This document shows positions 27,691 to 41,455 of a stretch of DNA of 64,000 nt, one piece after another. This DNA comes from Callorhinchus milii (Eukaryota). The stretch covers positions 18,850,001-18,914,000 of the forward strand of contig NW_024704742.1 of the NCBI RefSeq assembly GCF_018977255.1, in the 5' to 3' direction. Each line of letters starts with the position of its first letter. The stretch's first letter is position 1. Under the pieces are notes generated by a model. That model had not been told where the DNA came from. It saw only the letters and a list, made by a program, of their open reading frames with translations, and searched no databases. The position numbers and the translations under genes were made by a program.

Positions 27691-29632
27691 TGAACCTACA
27701 AAATGAGGCCTTTCATGCCATTGAGACCACACTGTTTGAAGATTTCCACTGAAGCTATCTACTCTAGCCTTGCCTTTTCCTCATACCCTTTTATACCCTC
27801 ATCAGACATATACCAGTTGACCCTTCAATTTGTTTGGGGCAAAAAATAATGTAAAACTTATATTTTTCTCCAATCTCTAAAGAAAAGTCAATCTTAAAAC
27901 TCCACACAATGAGTTATCAGCTGACCATCAAGCAAAGGTGCCAAATGAGCGTCTCTAGTAAAGCAAGAGAAACTCAGAAGGAGGGACACCCAAGCCATTC
28001 TTGCACATGTCCTTGAAGCCAGGTATAAAGCAGTGAAAGCAATATCGAGAGACAGAGGTCCATAATCAGACAATCAGCTTAGTCTGGTAGCCAGCATTGG
28101 TGCATGGCTCAAGGAGAGCAAAGAGCAGTAAATAATAAAAATACCTCAAAATGTAATTTTCTGTTCTAAAAAAACACATTAGTCCTGAACCGCAAGATCT
28201 CTGACCTCCTAATAAACTTGGCTTTAATGCAAAATGTTGTTCATTAACAGAGGTTGGTGCCTTATCAGCAACGTGGAATTGAGAAAGAATTCAACTCCTA
28301 ATTGCCTGCATTTTTTTTCTTTTAAAATGCTTCAGAAGCATTATTCTCAGTAACTGGACCCACTCGGACACTTTGATCTGTTCCTCGGTTTAGTCTTTAA
28401 TAATTGTGCTGTTTAATCTACTTAACTTGAAAGACACTGCTTTTTACTTCAAACTGTAATCAGTAACATGTAACCTAAAACCTTGATAAGGCCTTAACCC
28501 TTTCCGCATATGAATACACATATATGTGTTCTCATACTCACTGCTGGGGCATGATATGTCATAAAAAATCAGAAATAGATACATAGAGTTAAATCATGGT
28601 CAAACCTTTCAATAAGTATTTTGCTACAAATACACAGTCACTAGATTTCACAATAAAAATCCTGCAACATATTTTGAGAAGTTTCAATGTTAAATGCAAA
28701 TATGATTTATTTTACTATATTTATGCAAAATAGATTCAAAAATCCAGTAGCCAACAACGTCTTTGTTTGATTGCATGAAGAAAATCTTCCTAAATTGGGT
28801 AGAAGGGATCGTATTCTTACAATGCCTTGCAATATTTGGACTGTTTCCACTTGCTATTTGGTTGTCAAATAATTTATCTGCAGAAATATTGGAATTTAGA
28901 CTTCATATTTCAGGCTTGGCAACCTCTGAACCCTCTGAAACTCAATTGTAATTCAGGTCCCAATTAATCTGAATGTCCTATTCCACCAAAAGCAATCATC
29001 TGCCCATTCTAATAACAATGCAACTCAAGCCAATGCTTTGAAAGTGTCTCCGGTACAACATCTGGTATTTAAGTTCCCACAATGTTCAAGGCAGGTTTGT
29101 TAAAAGCTGTGATTAGCAACTCAAAATAGAGATGAAATGGCATAACTTCGTCAATGTACTCCTATATACTATACAACATCAAGAATGGACACTCTTTCCC
29201 ATCTGAGACTGATCTTCGTCAATTGGGACTTCACTTCCCAATGTTAATAGCCACTAGTTAAACCAAGCTCTTTAGATTGCCTTTATATCAGTTATGAATT
29301 TCAGAAAGGAATGTCTGTTTTTGATATAGTTCAGTTAGTAATCTGTGATGACACACTGTATCATTGGAACATTTGCAATTTCACTCATGTGACAAAATTA
29401 TTTTGTCTAAAAAAGGAGGTAAGTTTTTTGGTTTTAAGTGCAAACCTCCACATAACAGGCCCTTTGTTATTTATTCTCAATTCACATTTATAATCTGCTC
29501 AAAGTGCTGAAATTCCTTTTTGAAGCATGTGGCACTATTTCTATTCAGTTCATGCAATGTTAAAAGCTTATGTCCTACATTAATAAAAAACACACAAAGT
29601 ACTCAGAGAAGGTAAATATATCATTTACTTAC

Positions 29633-29813
29633 AGGTTCCAGGAGGGAGTAGTAAAGGCAGAAGCCGGGTTTTGAAGCCAGATATTCATCAGATCGGAATC
29701 GTATCCTGACCTGGTTTGCCTTTGATATCTGCATTCCCGGCACTGCCTTGGTACCACACCACCGTCCAATAATGGTGCCATCGCTAAGGTCTTCGATCTC
29801 CACAAAGTCAAAC
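29633..29813 (-). CDS. PDGFC: PDGF-C-like, internal coding exon (exon 3 equivalent), C-terminal half of CUB domain
   Basis: (K)FDFVEIEDLSDGTIIGRWCGTKAVPGMQISKANQVRIRFRSDEYLASKPGFCLYYSLLEP. Acceptor ttctctcatgcag|G, donor CCT|gtaagt; 181 nt; first G completes the AA|G Lys codon from the previous exon. Confidence 0.94.
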
Positions 29814-31864
29814 CTGCATGAGAGAAGTAGTTTTGATAAGGCTTTATCAACGTTGGCTCAACCGTGAATTAGATGGATCTGTGAACTGCAAAGTCACATC
29901 ACCACCCATTAATTTCCCATCTTCTCTGAAACCCATTCCAGTTTAGCTTTAATGAATAGGTCTTTCCTGCCAGAGAAAGCTTATTGAAGAATTATTTCTG
30001 AAAAAAGCATCCTGCTCAGTGGCATCAATTAATCACGCCAGTCTTCTAACATTAAAAACATTCCTTTTCACCATCAAGTATAGAGCTTTTTTTATGAAGA
30101 GAATAAGTAAACTTCAGCAAAAGGTCAGTAAAACAAATCTTGCGGCGTTGCATAAGTAAATTTGCACTCATGATTCCAGGCTGGGAGATGAATAATTCAT
30201 GCCTTATATAACTCAAGTTCACAATTGGTTTAGCAGAGCTGCATCAGCTGCGTGCAGTTTGGTTCAGTCGCTCACAGAATCAAATGTCAGGAGTGAGCTA
30301 GAAAGGGGAGAAAAATGTGGAAGTGCCATGTAGACTGGATGATGGCAACTCAGTGGGAAACATCTGACACAAACATCTACTTCCGCAACATGTAGATCTA
30401 TTGTATGCATTGAACATATTATATGCATTTGGTGCCATTTCCATTGAATTCATGCTGGAGCCAAACTCCAGATACAAAAGGTTTTGTATCATTTAAAAGA
30501 AAAAACAAAACAACTTTCCATTTAAAAAGCAGCTTGATGCTGCGATGGGAAGACACAGTGTGGGTAGTCTGAAAGGATGAAATCAAATGGCCCAAAGGGT
30601 TTCGTTTCATTCTGAACCTCTCATGATCTTATGAGTAGTGCATTTAAAACAGAACTGTGGGGAGAGACAGGGGAGTGGGAAATACTGTCGACTTGTCAAT
30701 ACATTTACCAACCTTAGTGACATATTACACTCCACTTAGCTAAATTAGCAGCAAATACTAACAAGGTGACTTAGCTAACTTGAAATGTGACTTGAATAAT
30801 ATTTCTGAAAATCTTGGCTACAAAGACTAAGTCCTAAAAATAATCAGTTTGTCTATAAAATACACAGTCACTACACTTTACAGCATATCCTGTGAAGCAC
30901 TATGAAATGTCTTCTCGATGTGAAAGGCACTATATCAAATATAAGGATGATCATCATTATTTTTTAAAAATGGACCTTCTTACAAATTAGACCCCAACCT
31001 GGAAAACGTTAAGACGTCCTCCCAGCATGGAAAGTGCTGTATAAATGTAAATTATTATTGTTGTTGTTGATTGCTTTGTTCAGGGAGCCAATTTCTTGCC
31101 TGGTTTCTCATGACTTTCAAAGTAAACACTGCATTATATCATATTCTTGTTCACACCATTGAAGCTAGTCTTAATTCTAGTCATTACTTTTTTTCAATAG
31201 TTGTTGATGCAGTCACAGGTTATCTTCCGTAATTTTAATTCTGCCGACAGAAACCACAAACCTTTTGGTTGCTCCCTCAGTTACCCAGCACACAGTAAAC
31301 TTCAAAATGTCACCACTTCCCAAATTTTGGCATTATGATGTGAAGCTGGCAAGCAGCAACTCTGCCAAGTTTGCGTAGTGCAACTGCAGCCTGCAGCAAG
31401 TGCCTTTGGAATGCCAGTCTGCACTGAATGATTCAAGTAAAAAAAATTAATTCCGATTTATGAAGAATGACAGTTTTAGTATAAATTACAGAATATTAAA
31501 GAGCTCAACACTAAATTAGCATTAAATTAAACACGAAAAGCCGTATTCTGTGTTGCATTGAAATCCTTCTGCTCTTTTGTAAGGTTGAGCCGGAAGGCAG
31601 TTTTGAAGACTTCAGTGCTCACGTATAGTTCCGCTGGCGGCTTGTATTGTTGCAGACAATTCAGTGTCACTTCATCACAGGATACCAGTTCAAAATAATC
31701 TGAGTTAAACGTGATCCCATGAGGTGACACTGAAACACAGCATCCCCCATTCGTTCATAACAGTTGTGATGCTCAAATGGTAAGACTGACTTTGGACCCC
31801 CTTCCCTTGCCTTCATCACAATGATTGAAGATTTCAGCAATGCCATTGTTGTTATCCAATGTGG

Positions 31865-32182
31865 AACATAGCGCTTCACAAGAAGTCTCAAAGTGCTTCA
31901 CAAGGTTGTACTGTGAAGTATAGTGACTGTGCATTGTTAGGAAATTGTGGCAGTCAATTTGCACACAGTAATGTCCCTCAAACAGCAATGAAGTGAATGA
32001 TCAATTTTATCTGGATGATTGTTGGACATCAGGGGAAATTCTCTTCTCCTTTTGTATAGCGCCATGAGATTTCTAATGTTCACTACCCAGGCATTAGAGT
32101 GTCAGCTTGTGCTCTGTGTTCAAAGTGGGAGTAAACTTCTGACTCAGGGGCGAGAGTGCTATCAAAGGAGCCAAGCTAACAC
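31865..32182 (-). mobile_element. Deu-domain SINE, degenerate
   Basis: Shared 3' half and head (gactcaggggcgagagtgct...gagccaagctaacac) in reverse orientation. Confidence 0.65.
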
Positions 32183-33287
32183 CTAAAGGTGTTCAAAAGT
32201 TATAAAAATAAAAATCATAATTCATTCCGGTATAAAAATTGTGCAGGAATCGCTTCAGCATCAACACTCTAGAGAATGTGGTGGAATCAGACAGACAGCA
32301 AGGATGAAACAGCAGCTTTAAACACATGCACAGAAATAAACAAAACATTGTTTTTCCCCAGGCACCTATTGCTCAAGGCTCACAATGATTATAAACCACT
32401 TACAGTCTAAGTATTGTATTACACTGCAGACAGTGCAGCGGATCAGCCCGCAGAGAATTTAGTGAACCTGTTAAAGGGGCCAGTGAAACATCACCCACAT
32501 GGCAACCTGATGCAGTAAAAAAACAGAACTACAACTGCAGCTCTGTGATTAGCACCGAGGGATTTATAGAGTGCTATTATTCAGGACTTTTATTGAATAT
32601 CAAGCATATGCACAATAACATAAATCAAACCTTCTCGCTACATTGGAAACAGAAGCAAATAAATCTATTTGTATTGTTGAGCCTTAATGAATATAATTAT
32701 CATCTCTACACAGCAGGTATTCAGGCTTATTAAACATTAAACTTCCAGGGAAATGTTATGATCTATGCTAAGTTAACAAAACATCCAGTTTCACCCATAG
32801 GCTTGCATCCCTTTCTCCATCCATGAAGACAATCAGAGATCCTTCTCCCCCTTAAATCTGGGCTCACTAATACAATTTTTTTAATACATTGCCTGGTGAA
32901 TAATTCCTCTCAAGGAAGTAATATTTGAGCTATGCCATTGTGGGCTCTCATGTATACACAGTAAAAGCAACCTCTTATGGATGACCTTTACAACTCCATG
33001 CCTAAAGTTAAAATCTAAGCGTGCTGCCTATTTGTCAATCCTTCCTTCATTAGAGAATTAATTAAAACAGACATCAGCTATATTCTTGCTTCTGTAACAT
33101 GCAGTCAGAGCCAAAAATGCTTTTTTATGTTTTGCCAAACAGTGAGTGTGTTCGGCTTATTGTTGTGCTATTTTAAATCAGAGTCCCTTGTGAGAAACAT
33201 ACATATTTTAAGATTTTCTCTTACTCCTTGCTATTCACTTCTCCTCCACTAAAGTTTCCCCTTCAGATTGACTGACTCCACAATATA

Positions 33288-33500
33288 CAATAATAATAAT
33301 GCAATAATCCTTATATTTGATATAGCGCCTTATCACATCTTCGAGACGTCTCAAAACGCTTTGCAGAATATAGCGTAAAGTGAATTGACTGTATATTTTG
33401 TGGGTGAAACGCAGCAACCAATTGCATACAGCAGTGTCCCACAAACAATCGTGGTTTGAGTGACCAAATTATTTTTATTTCTTTTGAAGGAATTATTTTC
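33288..33500 (-). mobile_element. SINE 3' half, 5'-truncated
   Basis: Reverse complement of the shared SINE 3' region; abuts the duplicated segment at 33505. Confidence 0.85.
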
Positions 33501-34324
33501 ATAGTTCATTCCTGCATAAAAATTATACAGGAATCACTTCAGCATCAATGCTCTAGAGAATGCGGTGGAATCAAACAGTAAGGACGAAACAGCAGCTTTA
33601 AACACATGAACAGAAATAAACAAAACATTGTTTGTCTCCAGGCAATGTGCAATACATTGTACACTGTATTATATCAGACCCTACATAAGAATTGCTAGAC
33701 AAAAGAAGTCCAAGGTCCATCCAGTTCACTTTCCAATATCCTGGCAGTCAGATATATATTGTATCCCAAGATATTATTTCCTAAAAGTACTCTATCTAAT
33801 TTGCTTTAGAAATAATTTACACTTTCTACTTCTACTGTCTCCTTAGGGAACCTGTTCCGCGCATTTACTACTTGCTCACTGAAATAATGTTTCCAGATTT
33901 GTTTTGAATTACAATCTTTACAATCCCCGTTATTAATCTGGCCTCAACTACCCTTCCTGGTAACCTGTTCTAGTTGTTAATTACCCCCTGGGTAAAGAAA
34001 TTCTTTCTGGTGTCTGTACTGAAATTGCCCTTTGCACTCCTAAACCTGTGTCTTCTTGTTCTGCTGTCTATTTCCATCTTTGTTCATTATACTCCCTATT
34101 CCTAATTATCTATATACTCCTGCCTCTCTCTATTACTGTTTCTTCTGTCTATTAAGGTCCCTCTAGTCTATCTCGCTCATACACTACATTGAACAGCTAT
34201 GATGTGAATAACCAATTTTATATAACAAATTGTTGACCAGAACATAGGGGAAAAGCTCCCCTCTCTTTTCAAACAGTGTCATTGGATCTTCAATTTGCAC
34301 CTCAACAAGCAGATAGTACCTTGG

Positions 34325-34630
34325 TAATAGACAAAGAGGTAGAAACATATATATTTAATTTTACGTTAGGATGCACCAGCATAACAAGAGGCCACAGGTT
34401 TAGAGCTATAAAAGGCAATTTCAAGACAGATACCAGGAAGTTTTTCTTTACTCAGAGTGTAATTAATGACTGGAATAGGTTACCAGGAAATATGGTTAAG
34501 GTCAGAACACTGGACTTGTTTGAAAAACAACTTGATGTTGTGACGGGTGCTAACTGGGTGGGTTCCTAGAAGGATGACATTGGATGGGCTGAAAGTCTCC
34601 CTTCATCCAAACCAATCTATGATCTTGTGA
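34325..34630 (+). mobile_element. CR1 LINE 3' fragment
   Basis: TRGHRFRAIKGNFKTDTRKFFFTQSVINDWNRLP, a typical CR1 ORF2 C-terminus. Confidence 0.85.
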
Positions 34631-34978
34631 ATAGGCCATCAGCAAGAAACTGGCAGAGGGGAAAATAGGCATTTATTTCAGAAGGTGATTAAAATGGCAA
34701 TACAGTAAGTGCAACTGTGTTTTATAAGGAAAACTACACCCAAGTAATTATTGCCTGAAAAGTGCAGGGAACATAATTTGAAAACAGAAAACCTGTTTCA
34801 TAATTCTAATTTAGTCTGCACTTTGTGACATTAGTAAATTCAAGTTTCCATTCTGCTGCTATCAGTCACCCTACAAAGCTGTTTGTTAATATTAATTACA
34901 GGTTAGCACTGTAAACAATTTTCTCTCATACATACTTGCCGATATTCAGCCAATCTCATGCACTGTACTATTGTAGTC

Positions 34979-35603
34979 CAACAACAAGATTACAGTTGTA
35001 TAGCGCCTTTCATGTCGGGAGGACGTCCCAAGGTGCTGGACAGTGTACAGCATTTCAGACCCGAGCTGGGGTCAGGGGGGAGAAGGGAGGGGAAGGCGCG
35101 TGGCCGATGGCATGGTCGAAGAGGAGAGTTTTGAGGCGGGACTTGAAGAAGGCTAAGGAGGGGGCGAGGTGGTGTGATTGTGGGATGGAGTTCCAGAGGT
35201 TGGGAGCAGAGTGGCTGAAGGCTCTCCCATTAATGGTGGGACGGGTGGTTCGGGGGACGTGGAGCAGGCCAGAGCCGGCTGAGCGGAGGGAGCGGGCGGG
35301 TTGGATAGGGTGGGGCGAAGCCATTAAGTACTTTGTAGGTGCGGACCAAGATTTTGAACTGGATCCTCTGAAGGATAGGGAGTCAATGGAGTCAGGCGAG
35401 AATGGGGGAGATGGGGTCATGGAGTTTGGTGCGAGAGAGGACACGGGCTGCAGAGTTCTGCATTATCTGCAGCCTGTGGAGGGAAGAGTTGGGAAGGCTG
35501 ACAAGCAGGGCATTTGCATAGTCAAGCCTGGAGGTGATGAAGGCATGAACAAGAGTTTCAGCGGCCTGAGGGGTGAGGTAGTGGCGGAGTCGGGCAAAAT
35601 CGT
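34979..35603 (-). mobile_element. L2 LINE 3' fragment (ORF2 C-terminus plus tail)
   Basis: RLRHYLTPQAAETLVHAFITSRLDYANALL...LQIMQNSAARVL; RAFSHSAPNLWNSIP...FKSRLKTLLF; tail gggacgtcctcccgacatgaaaggcgctatacaactgtaatcttgttgttg. Confidence 0.92.
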
Positions 35604-35604
35604 C

Positions 35605-35990
35605 TCGAAGCAATTCGCAGGATTTTTTACTGTGAAGTGTAGTGACTACACAAAAAGGTGAACATGACAGCCAATTTGCACACAACAAATAACCATGGAG
35701 TGAATGATCAATTTTATTTGGGGGATTGCTGGCCAGATTACTGGGAGAATGTAAGAAGATAAGTTCCTTTCTCTTTGCAAAAAAATGCCATGGCATTTTT
35801 AGCATCTATCTGAACAAGTGGTTTAACATCCCATCTGAAGGATGACACTATAAACAATGCAACACCCATCCCCAGCACTGCATTTGAGTATCAGCCTAGG
35901 ACTGTGAACTCAAAGTCCTGATGTGGGGCTTGAACCCACAACCTTCTAACTCAGAGGCGATGGTGCCACCAATTAAGCCAGACTGACGCC
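35605..35990 (-). mobile_element. Deu-domain SINE
   Basis: Reverse complement head ggggcttgaacccacaaccttctaactcagagg and Deu core. Confidence 0.75.
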
Positions 35991-36475
35991 TAATAGTTAT
36001 CAAAGAGAAGTAGATAAATACTTGGAAAATCAAAGTATTAAGTGGAACGAAGAAAATGGGTTAAAAGATCTGTTATAATCTAATAAACTGGCAGAACAGA
36101 CTTAATGGCTGAATAGCCTCCTCCTTTCCCATGTTCCTAGCAGTGATAATAGTTTTAATGAGACTAAATGCAAGTGAATCTTTGATAGGTATCGACATAG
36201 GGTCAGGCTCAGGGGAACTGGAACGCTGGCTGTGGTTGTGCTTGAGATTACAACTAAACCAGGCTCAGACTGATTAACAAAGATCAAGTGGTTCATTTCC
36301 AGTTGTTAAAGTGGTGTTGCAACATCATTTTATCTGATTTACCACGGGATGGTTTACGTTACCAACCGTTGTAATCTACGTATGGGAATAACTAGCAACC
36401 ATATTTAGAGCTCAGTGTTAAATAGCATTGTTAATAATAATAATCCTGATATTTGATATAGTGCCTTATCACTGT

Positions 36476-36847
36476 GGAGTCCTGTAGCTCAGTGGTTAGA
36501 GCACTCGCTTTGCAAGTGAGAGACCTGAGTTCAATTCCAGGCAGAGGGCGAAACCTTGGGCAAGTTTCCTTACTCCACACAGAGCCTAATAATAATCCCT
36601 CCAAAAAAACAAAACAATAATAAAAAATTGGTCATTTTCAATTTACGACTGTTTGTGGGACATTGCTGTGTGCAATTGGCTGCCGCGTTCGCCCACAAAT
36701 ATACAGTCAATTCATTTTACAGTATATTCTGTGAAGCGCTTTGGGACGTCCTCCCGATGTGAAAAGCGCTATATCAAATGCAAGGATTATTATTATTATT
36801 ATCACATAATAATCACATCACATAATAATAATTATTATTATTATCAC
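36476..36847 (+). mobile_element. Young tRNA-derived SINE nested in an older minus-strand SINE (36432-36472 and 36848-37000)
   Basis: Near-identical to the 24497 copy; direct repeat ttatcac at 36466-36472 and 36841-36847. Confidence 0.92.
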
Positions 36848-38075
36848 ATCTGAATGTGCTTCACAGTATATACTATAAAGTAGTGTGTGACTGTATGTAT
36901 TTTGTGGATGATCTTGGCAGCCAATGCGCACTGCAACGTGCCACAAACAGCTACGAAGTGAGTGATCAATTTTATTTGGGGGATTGCTGGCCAGGACATT
37001 ATTTGGACCTTGAAAAGATATTTACATCCCTTGATGGCCTGGTGGATAAAACCACTTCCCACCCACAACCATATACATTAGAAGGTTGCAAATTCAAACC
37101 TTTGCTGAATTAATTGTTCTCAAACGATGCAGTATTCATAATGGTCAGAAATATTGTGCCTAATTTCTCCCCAATGTTCATTATTCTTTAGCTGCATGTC
37201 ATTTTTATCAGTTTCTCAGGTACTTCTGGGGGGGGGAGAAAAAACTTTCAGAATGTAGTCTTTTTCAGACCAGACAGAAGGATAATAGTGTTTTTTGTGA
37301 TCCCCTACATTCCTGTTTCTTGTCTCCCAGCTGCCTCTCTGTTCATTGAAAGGAGCAGCCAGATGGGGAGCCTGGTGGAGAACGGAGCAGGGATTGGCCA
37401 TGGGGATTGGTGAGGGAGAGAGGGAAGGGAAGGCGATGAGAGCTGTGCTTAACCTAGAAAATATCATGTTTCCTCCTTCAGCAGTGAAAAGATTTTTTTT
37501 AATATTGAAATATTTAGATCACAGCATAAGAGAAATTGCAAATCAATGTTATTTTGTCCTTCGCCCCCTTTTTATCCATCGTCAGATCGCACCTGAAGTC
37601 TTTCCTTTTTGACTGTGTGCCTACGGTCACCTCCTCTTTCTCCCCGGCTCGGGGTCACTGCCAGTGTTCAGTGCTCTGAGACTTTATCCTGTGTGACATA
37701 ACCTCCTCCCCCTGTTTTCAGCTCACAGAATTTGAGGCTGAATGAACCTGAACATTACAGTAATAGAGGCAGTCAAACATCTGGAATAGCTTTATTATGG
37801 TAACACTAACCATAACTACTAAAATAAATGTTAAAACTATTTTATTCAAAAGTAACGAATGTTGAAATCCACGTTCACCTCTGTACCACTCCTATTCCTT
37901 TCCTTTCCCACGCTACCTCTGTTCTCCTGCGACCATATTGTGATGACCACTCTGCCTCAGCAATCAATGGTCTTATTATATTCCCCACCCACTCCACCAT
38001 CACTGGACAGTATTACAGGTACTCTGCCCCCTCTCTCTGGAATTCCATCTCAGTGTCCCTTCAACGTGTTTCCTC

Positions 38076-38279
38076 ACCAAAAAAAAAAAAAAACAATAAT
38101 AAATTGGTCATTTTCAATCTACGACTGTTTGTGGGACATTGCTGTGCGCAATTGGCTGCCGCGTTCGCCCACAAATATACAGTCAATTCACTTTACAGTG
38201 TGTTCTGTGAAGCGCTTTGGGACGTTCTCCCGACGTGAAAAGCGCTATATCAAATGCAAGGATTATTATTATTATTATT
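38076..38279 (+). mobile_element. Young SINE, 5'-truncated at the A-rich linker
   Basis: Near-identical to the 3' ~200 bp of the 24497 copy; follows an L2-like fragment. Confidence 0.9.
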
Positions 38280-38309
38280 TGTTCTTCATCCTTCAGAATC
38301 TCCTACCAT

Positions 38310-38790
38310 TTTCCTGATTTTTAAATGAACCCAGTGTCCTGGGATCAACAACATTTTCTGGCAACCTGTTTTATTCATTAGTTACCCTCTGAGTAAGAAA
38401 TCTCTGTTCTAAAGTTACCCAATGCAACTATAAACCTATGTCCTCATGTTCTACAGTCTCAGGGCATCTGTGTTTGTTTTCCCAATCCCATTTAAAATTA
38501 ATACACCTCTATAAGGACGCCTTCTTTCGAGGCTGAGAGCTCTAGATCATCTAATTATTGTTTATTGCTCATTCCTATAACATCTTTGTTGCACTCCCGC
38601 TCAGGCCTTATATTGCAGGGACCAGAATTGTATGCAGTATGGCCTGACCAGAGCACTACACTATATAGCTTAATTATGATTCTGGGAGATCTAAACACAA
38701 CTGATTTGGCAATATACCGCAGCATTTTGTTTATTGACACCTAATACAGTTTTGACAAAGTGACCAATGAGTCAACTAACATCCCTAGAT
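38310..38790 (-). mobile_element. CR1 LINE 3' fragments, degenerate
   Basis: ttctggcaacctgttttattcattagttaccctctgagtaagaaa matches the reverse complement of the CR1 end at 34440-34490. Confidence 0.6.
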
Positions 38791-40643
38791 CTCTTTCAGT
38801 TTCCATCTTTTAAGTTTACGCCCATCTGAACAAAATATGTGTTAATAAAAGTGTCAACTTATACCTGGAAACATCAGATTGTACATTTAGTTTGCCTTTT
38901 TCTCTTCCTCTGTTATAACTTGCTGAGTTCTGATGCATAGTTGTTGGCATTTTTGATCCAGTTATATTACAGGTACCAGTTTGATATGAGCCAGCAGCCT
39001 GGAGTTCTACTGGTGGCTTTGTCTCTCCCTCCAAGGCTGAATCAAGGTAAAGCAGAGCTCTGCACATGATGAAAGCCTGTTTCATTTTAGTGTTGGTGAA
39101 GTTGTCCTATCAGTTCATTACTAATGTTTCAAACCTTGAGGGTCATCCAACAAGCACTTCAGGAAGCTCTAACACGTGACATTTTTACATTTCAAAAAAG
39201 TTTCCTTTAAAACAGCTACAGACAAGCTTGAGGTACCACTAAAGATGAGACCTCAAATTGTGTGAGATTCTCTTTCCAAAGTGGTTTCATATGACTTGTC
39301 TAAATCAGGTATGGGAATCCTGGAATAAGCACAAACTCTATCATAGAAATCTTTATTACAAACAGTAATGCCCTGCATTTGGAATCAAGGTGAAGGTTTA
39401 ATGACTTCCATTGAATTTTCCTGTAGTTTGCTTAACCCAGATTACTGGTCATCAAATGTTCACGCATAAATGTAGAAGCATCACATTTGTGTCATAAATC
39501 AAGACTTCTGTGCATGAATGAAACATACATCTGTATTTTGGATCTATTGCCTACAGCTGTTCCATACGAAAAAATATTGGATACTCAGGCCTTGGGTTGT
39601 ACAAGGGTTTGTTAGTCATCAACTGTCAGCCTTTAAAAGTTCAATGCTTCCCTTCAACTCTCTGACTGCTTCAAGTCATTTCTAATTTTGGAGGTCAATA
39701 TTGTAGTCTTCCTGAACATGTTGTTTCTTATTTAAGGCACAATATTAATATATGTTTTGAAGTAACTCCCTCCCCAATGCTCCCGTGCACACACGCAACA
39801 TACACACACACCTACTTCTAAGAAATGGTACTAGCCCCTCTATGCTGCCTTAACAGTAATGTGAATAGTAAACTGTTCAAAACACTAATAAACTTTGTGT
39901 TTCATACTCAATAAGGAAAATATCAAACTGGAACTGAAAGTTTAGTAGCACTGTTAAATAGCTCATTATATATTTCAATCTAGTTGAAAAGGGTTCAACT
40001 ATGAAAACTGCATTTTTCTAAATGCTAGAAAAAATGCCTTGAGTCATAAATAATAATAATCCTTGCATTTGATATAGCGCCTTAACAGGTCTTCGAGATG
40101 TCCCAAAGCACTTCACAGTATATACTGGAAAGTAAATTGACTGTATATTTTGTGAGTGAAAAGCATAAAGTGTGTCTTATGCAGGGAATCCCATGCATAT
40201 CACGCTGACCCATGAGAATTCTCTTTCCAGGTGATCTCCAGTCATAGCAGAATTCTCACGAGTCACAGTGATGCACTTGCATGTACACTGAGATATAGTT
40301 TAGGTCCTGAGGCATTGTATCCATCGCTCTTGCCATTTACATTGATATTTTCTCATTTGAGAGCTTTTCATCTTTAATCTAGTTCAAATATGGGATTCTG
40401 CCTTGTGACTTGGGGCTGTGACAATTAGCCTCAACATGTGAGGGTGAAGATGAAGCAAGAAATCAGCCAGAACTGATCCCTGCCAGAAAGTACAAATACA
40501 TGGACTTCAATTATGGGCAGGAATGGTCTAGGTAGTAACGTTCCCATGGTTCAATGACTCTCTGCATCCAGGCTTCCACATAAAAAATGGTGTCTGGAGG
40601 CCAGAAATGCCACATTCAATCCAGGTTGCATCACAACATGTTG

Positions 40644-40965
40644 GTCAGCTTGGCTTGGTTGGTAGCACTTTTGCCTCTGAATCAGAAGGTTGTGGGTTCA
40701 AGCCTCACATCAGGACTTTGAACTCACTGTCCCGGCTGACACTCTGATGTAGAGCTCGGCTGTGCTTCATTGTTCGAGGTGCTGTCTTTTGGTTGAGATG
40801 TTAAACCAAGGCCCCACTTTCCTGTTTAGGTAGACATGAGAGATCCTGTGGTACTATGTGAAAGAGAAAGGAGAGTGTCCTGGCCAACAATCCTTCAGAT
40901 AAAATTGATCATCATTTCATAGCTATTTGTCTGCCGTGTGTGCCTACAAATACATAGTCGCACCA
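40644..40965 (+). mobile_element. Deu-domain SINE
   Basis: Head ggtagcacttttgcctctgaatcagaaggttgtgggttcaagcc and Deu core ggtgctgtcttttggttgagatgttaaaccaagg. Confidence 0.78.
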
Positions 40966-41020
40966 CTTTAAGGTCGCCAATCGACTAACAACTGGGTTCC
41001 TACTTGCTGCTAGGTATAAA

Positions 41021-41455
41021 CAGCAACAACAAAATTACATTTGTATAGTGCCTTTCACGTCGGAAAGACGTCCCAAGGCTCTGGACAATCAGTGTTTTGG
41101 ACCCGAGTTGGGGGTCGGGATCGTGGAGGGTGGAGGGCAGGGGGGGAAGGAAGGTGACGAAAGGTATGGTCGAAGAGGAGGATCTTGAGACAGGTCTTGA
41201 AGGAGGCAAGGGAGGGGATGAGTCAGAGGGACTGCGCCAATGGTGGGATGGGTGAAGTGGGGGATGCCTCGGGCTGGCTGGTAGGAGGTTAGAATGTCAA
41301 CAAATTGTTGATATTCAACTGAAAAGGATTTGATGTCTGACAGACATTCTGTCAAGGCAACAGTGGTCCTGGAATCGAGGATGGAGGCAGAGAAATAGAG
41401 TTGGGTGTCATCCTCATACATGTGGAAGTCACTCCATGTCTGCAGATGACATGAT
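41021..41455 (-). mobile_element. L2 LINE, internally deleted
   Basis: FHMYEDDTQLYFS (decayed YADD reverse-transcriptase motif) joined to the L2 3' end and (GTT)n tail. Confidence 0.85.

Noticed and set aside
31527..31988. Cluster of short minus-strand ORFs, possible cryptic exon
   Set aside because: Starts lie in or near a SINE, no recognisable protein similarity, and the flanking exons already join in frame.
34936..35661. Longest ORF in the track (241 aa, plus strand)
   Set aside because: It is the antisense reading of an L2 fragment; no independent coding evidence.
36556..36853. Recurrent ORFs of the LFVGHCCAQLAAAFAHK / [14 protein letters not shown] type
   Set aside because: Translations of SINE copies, not a gene family.
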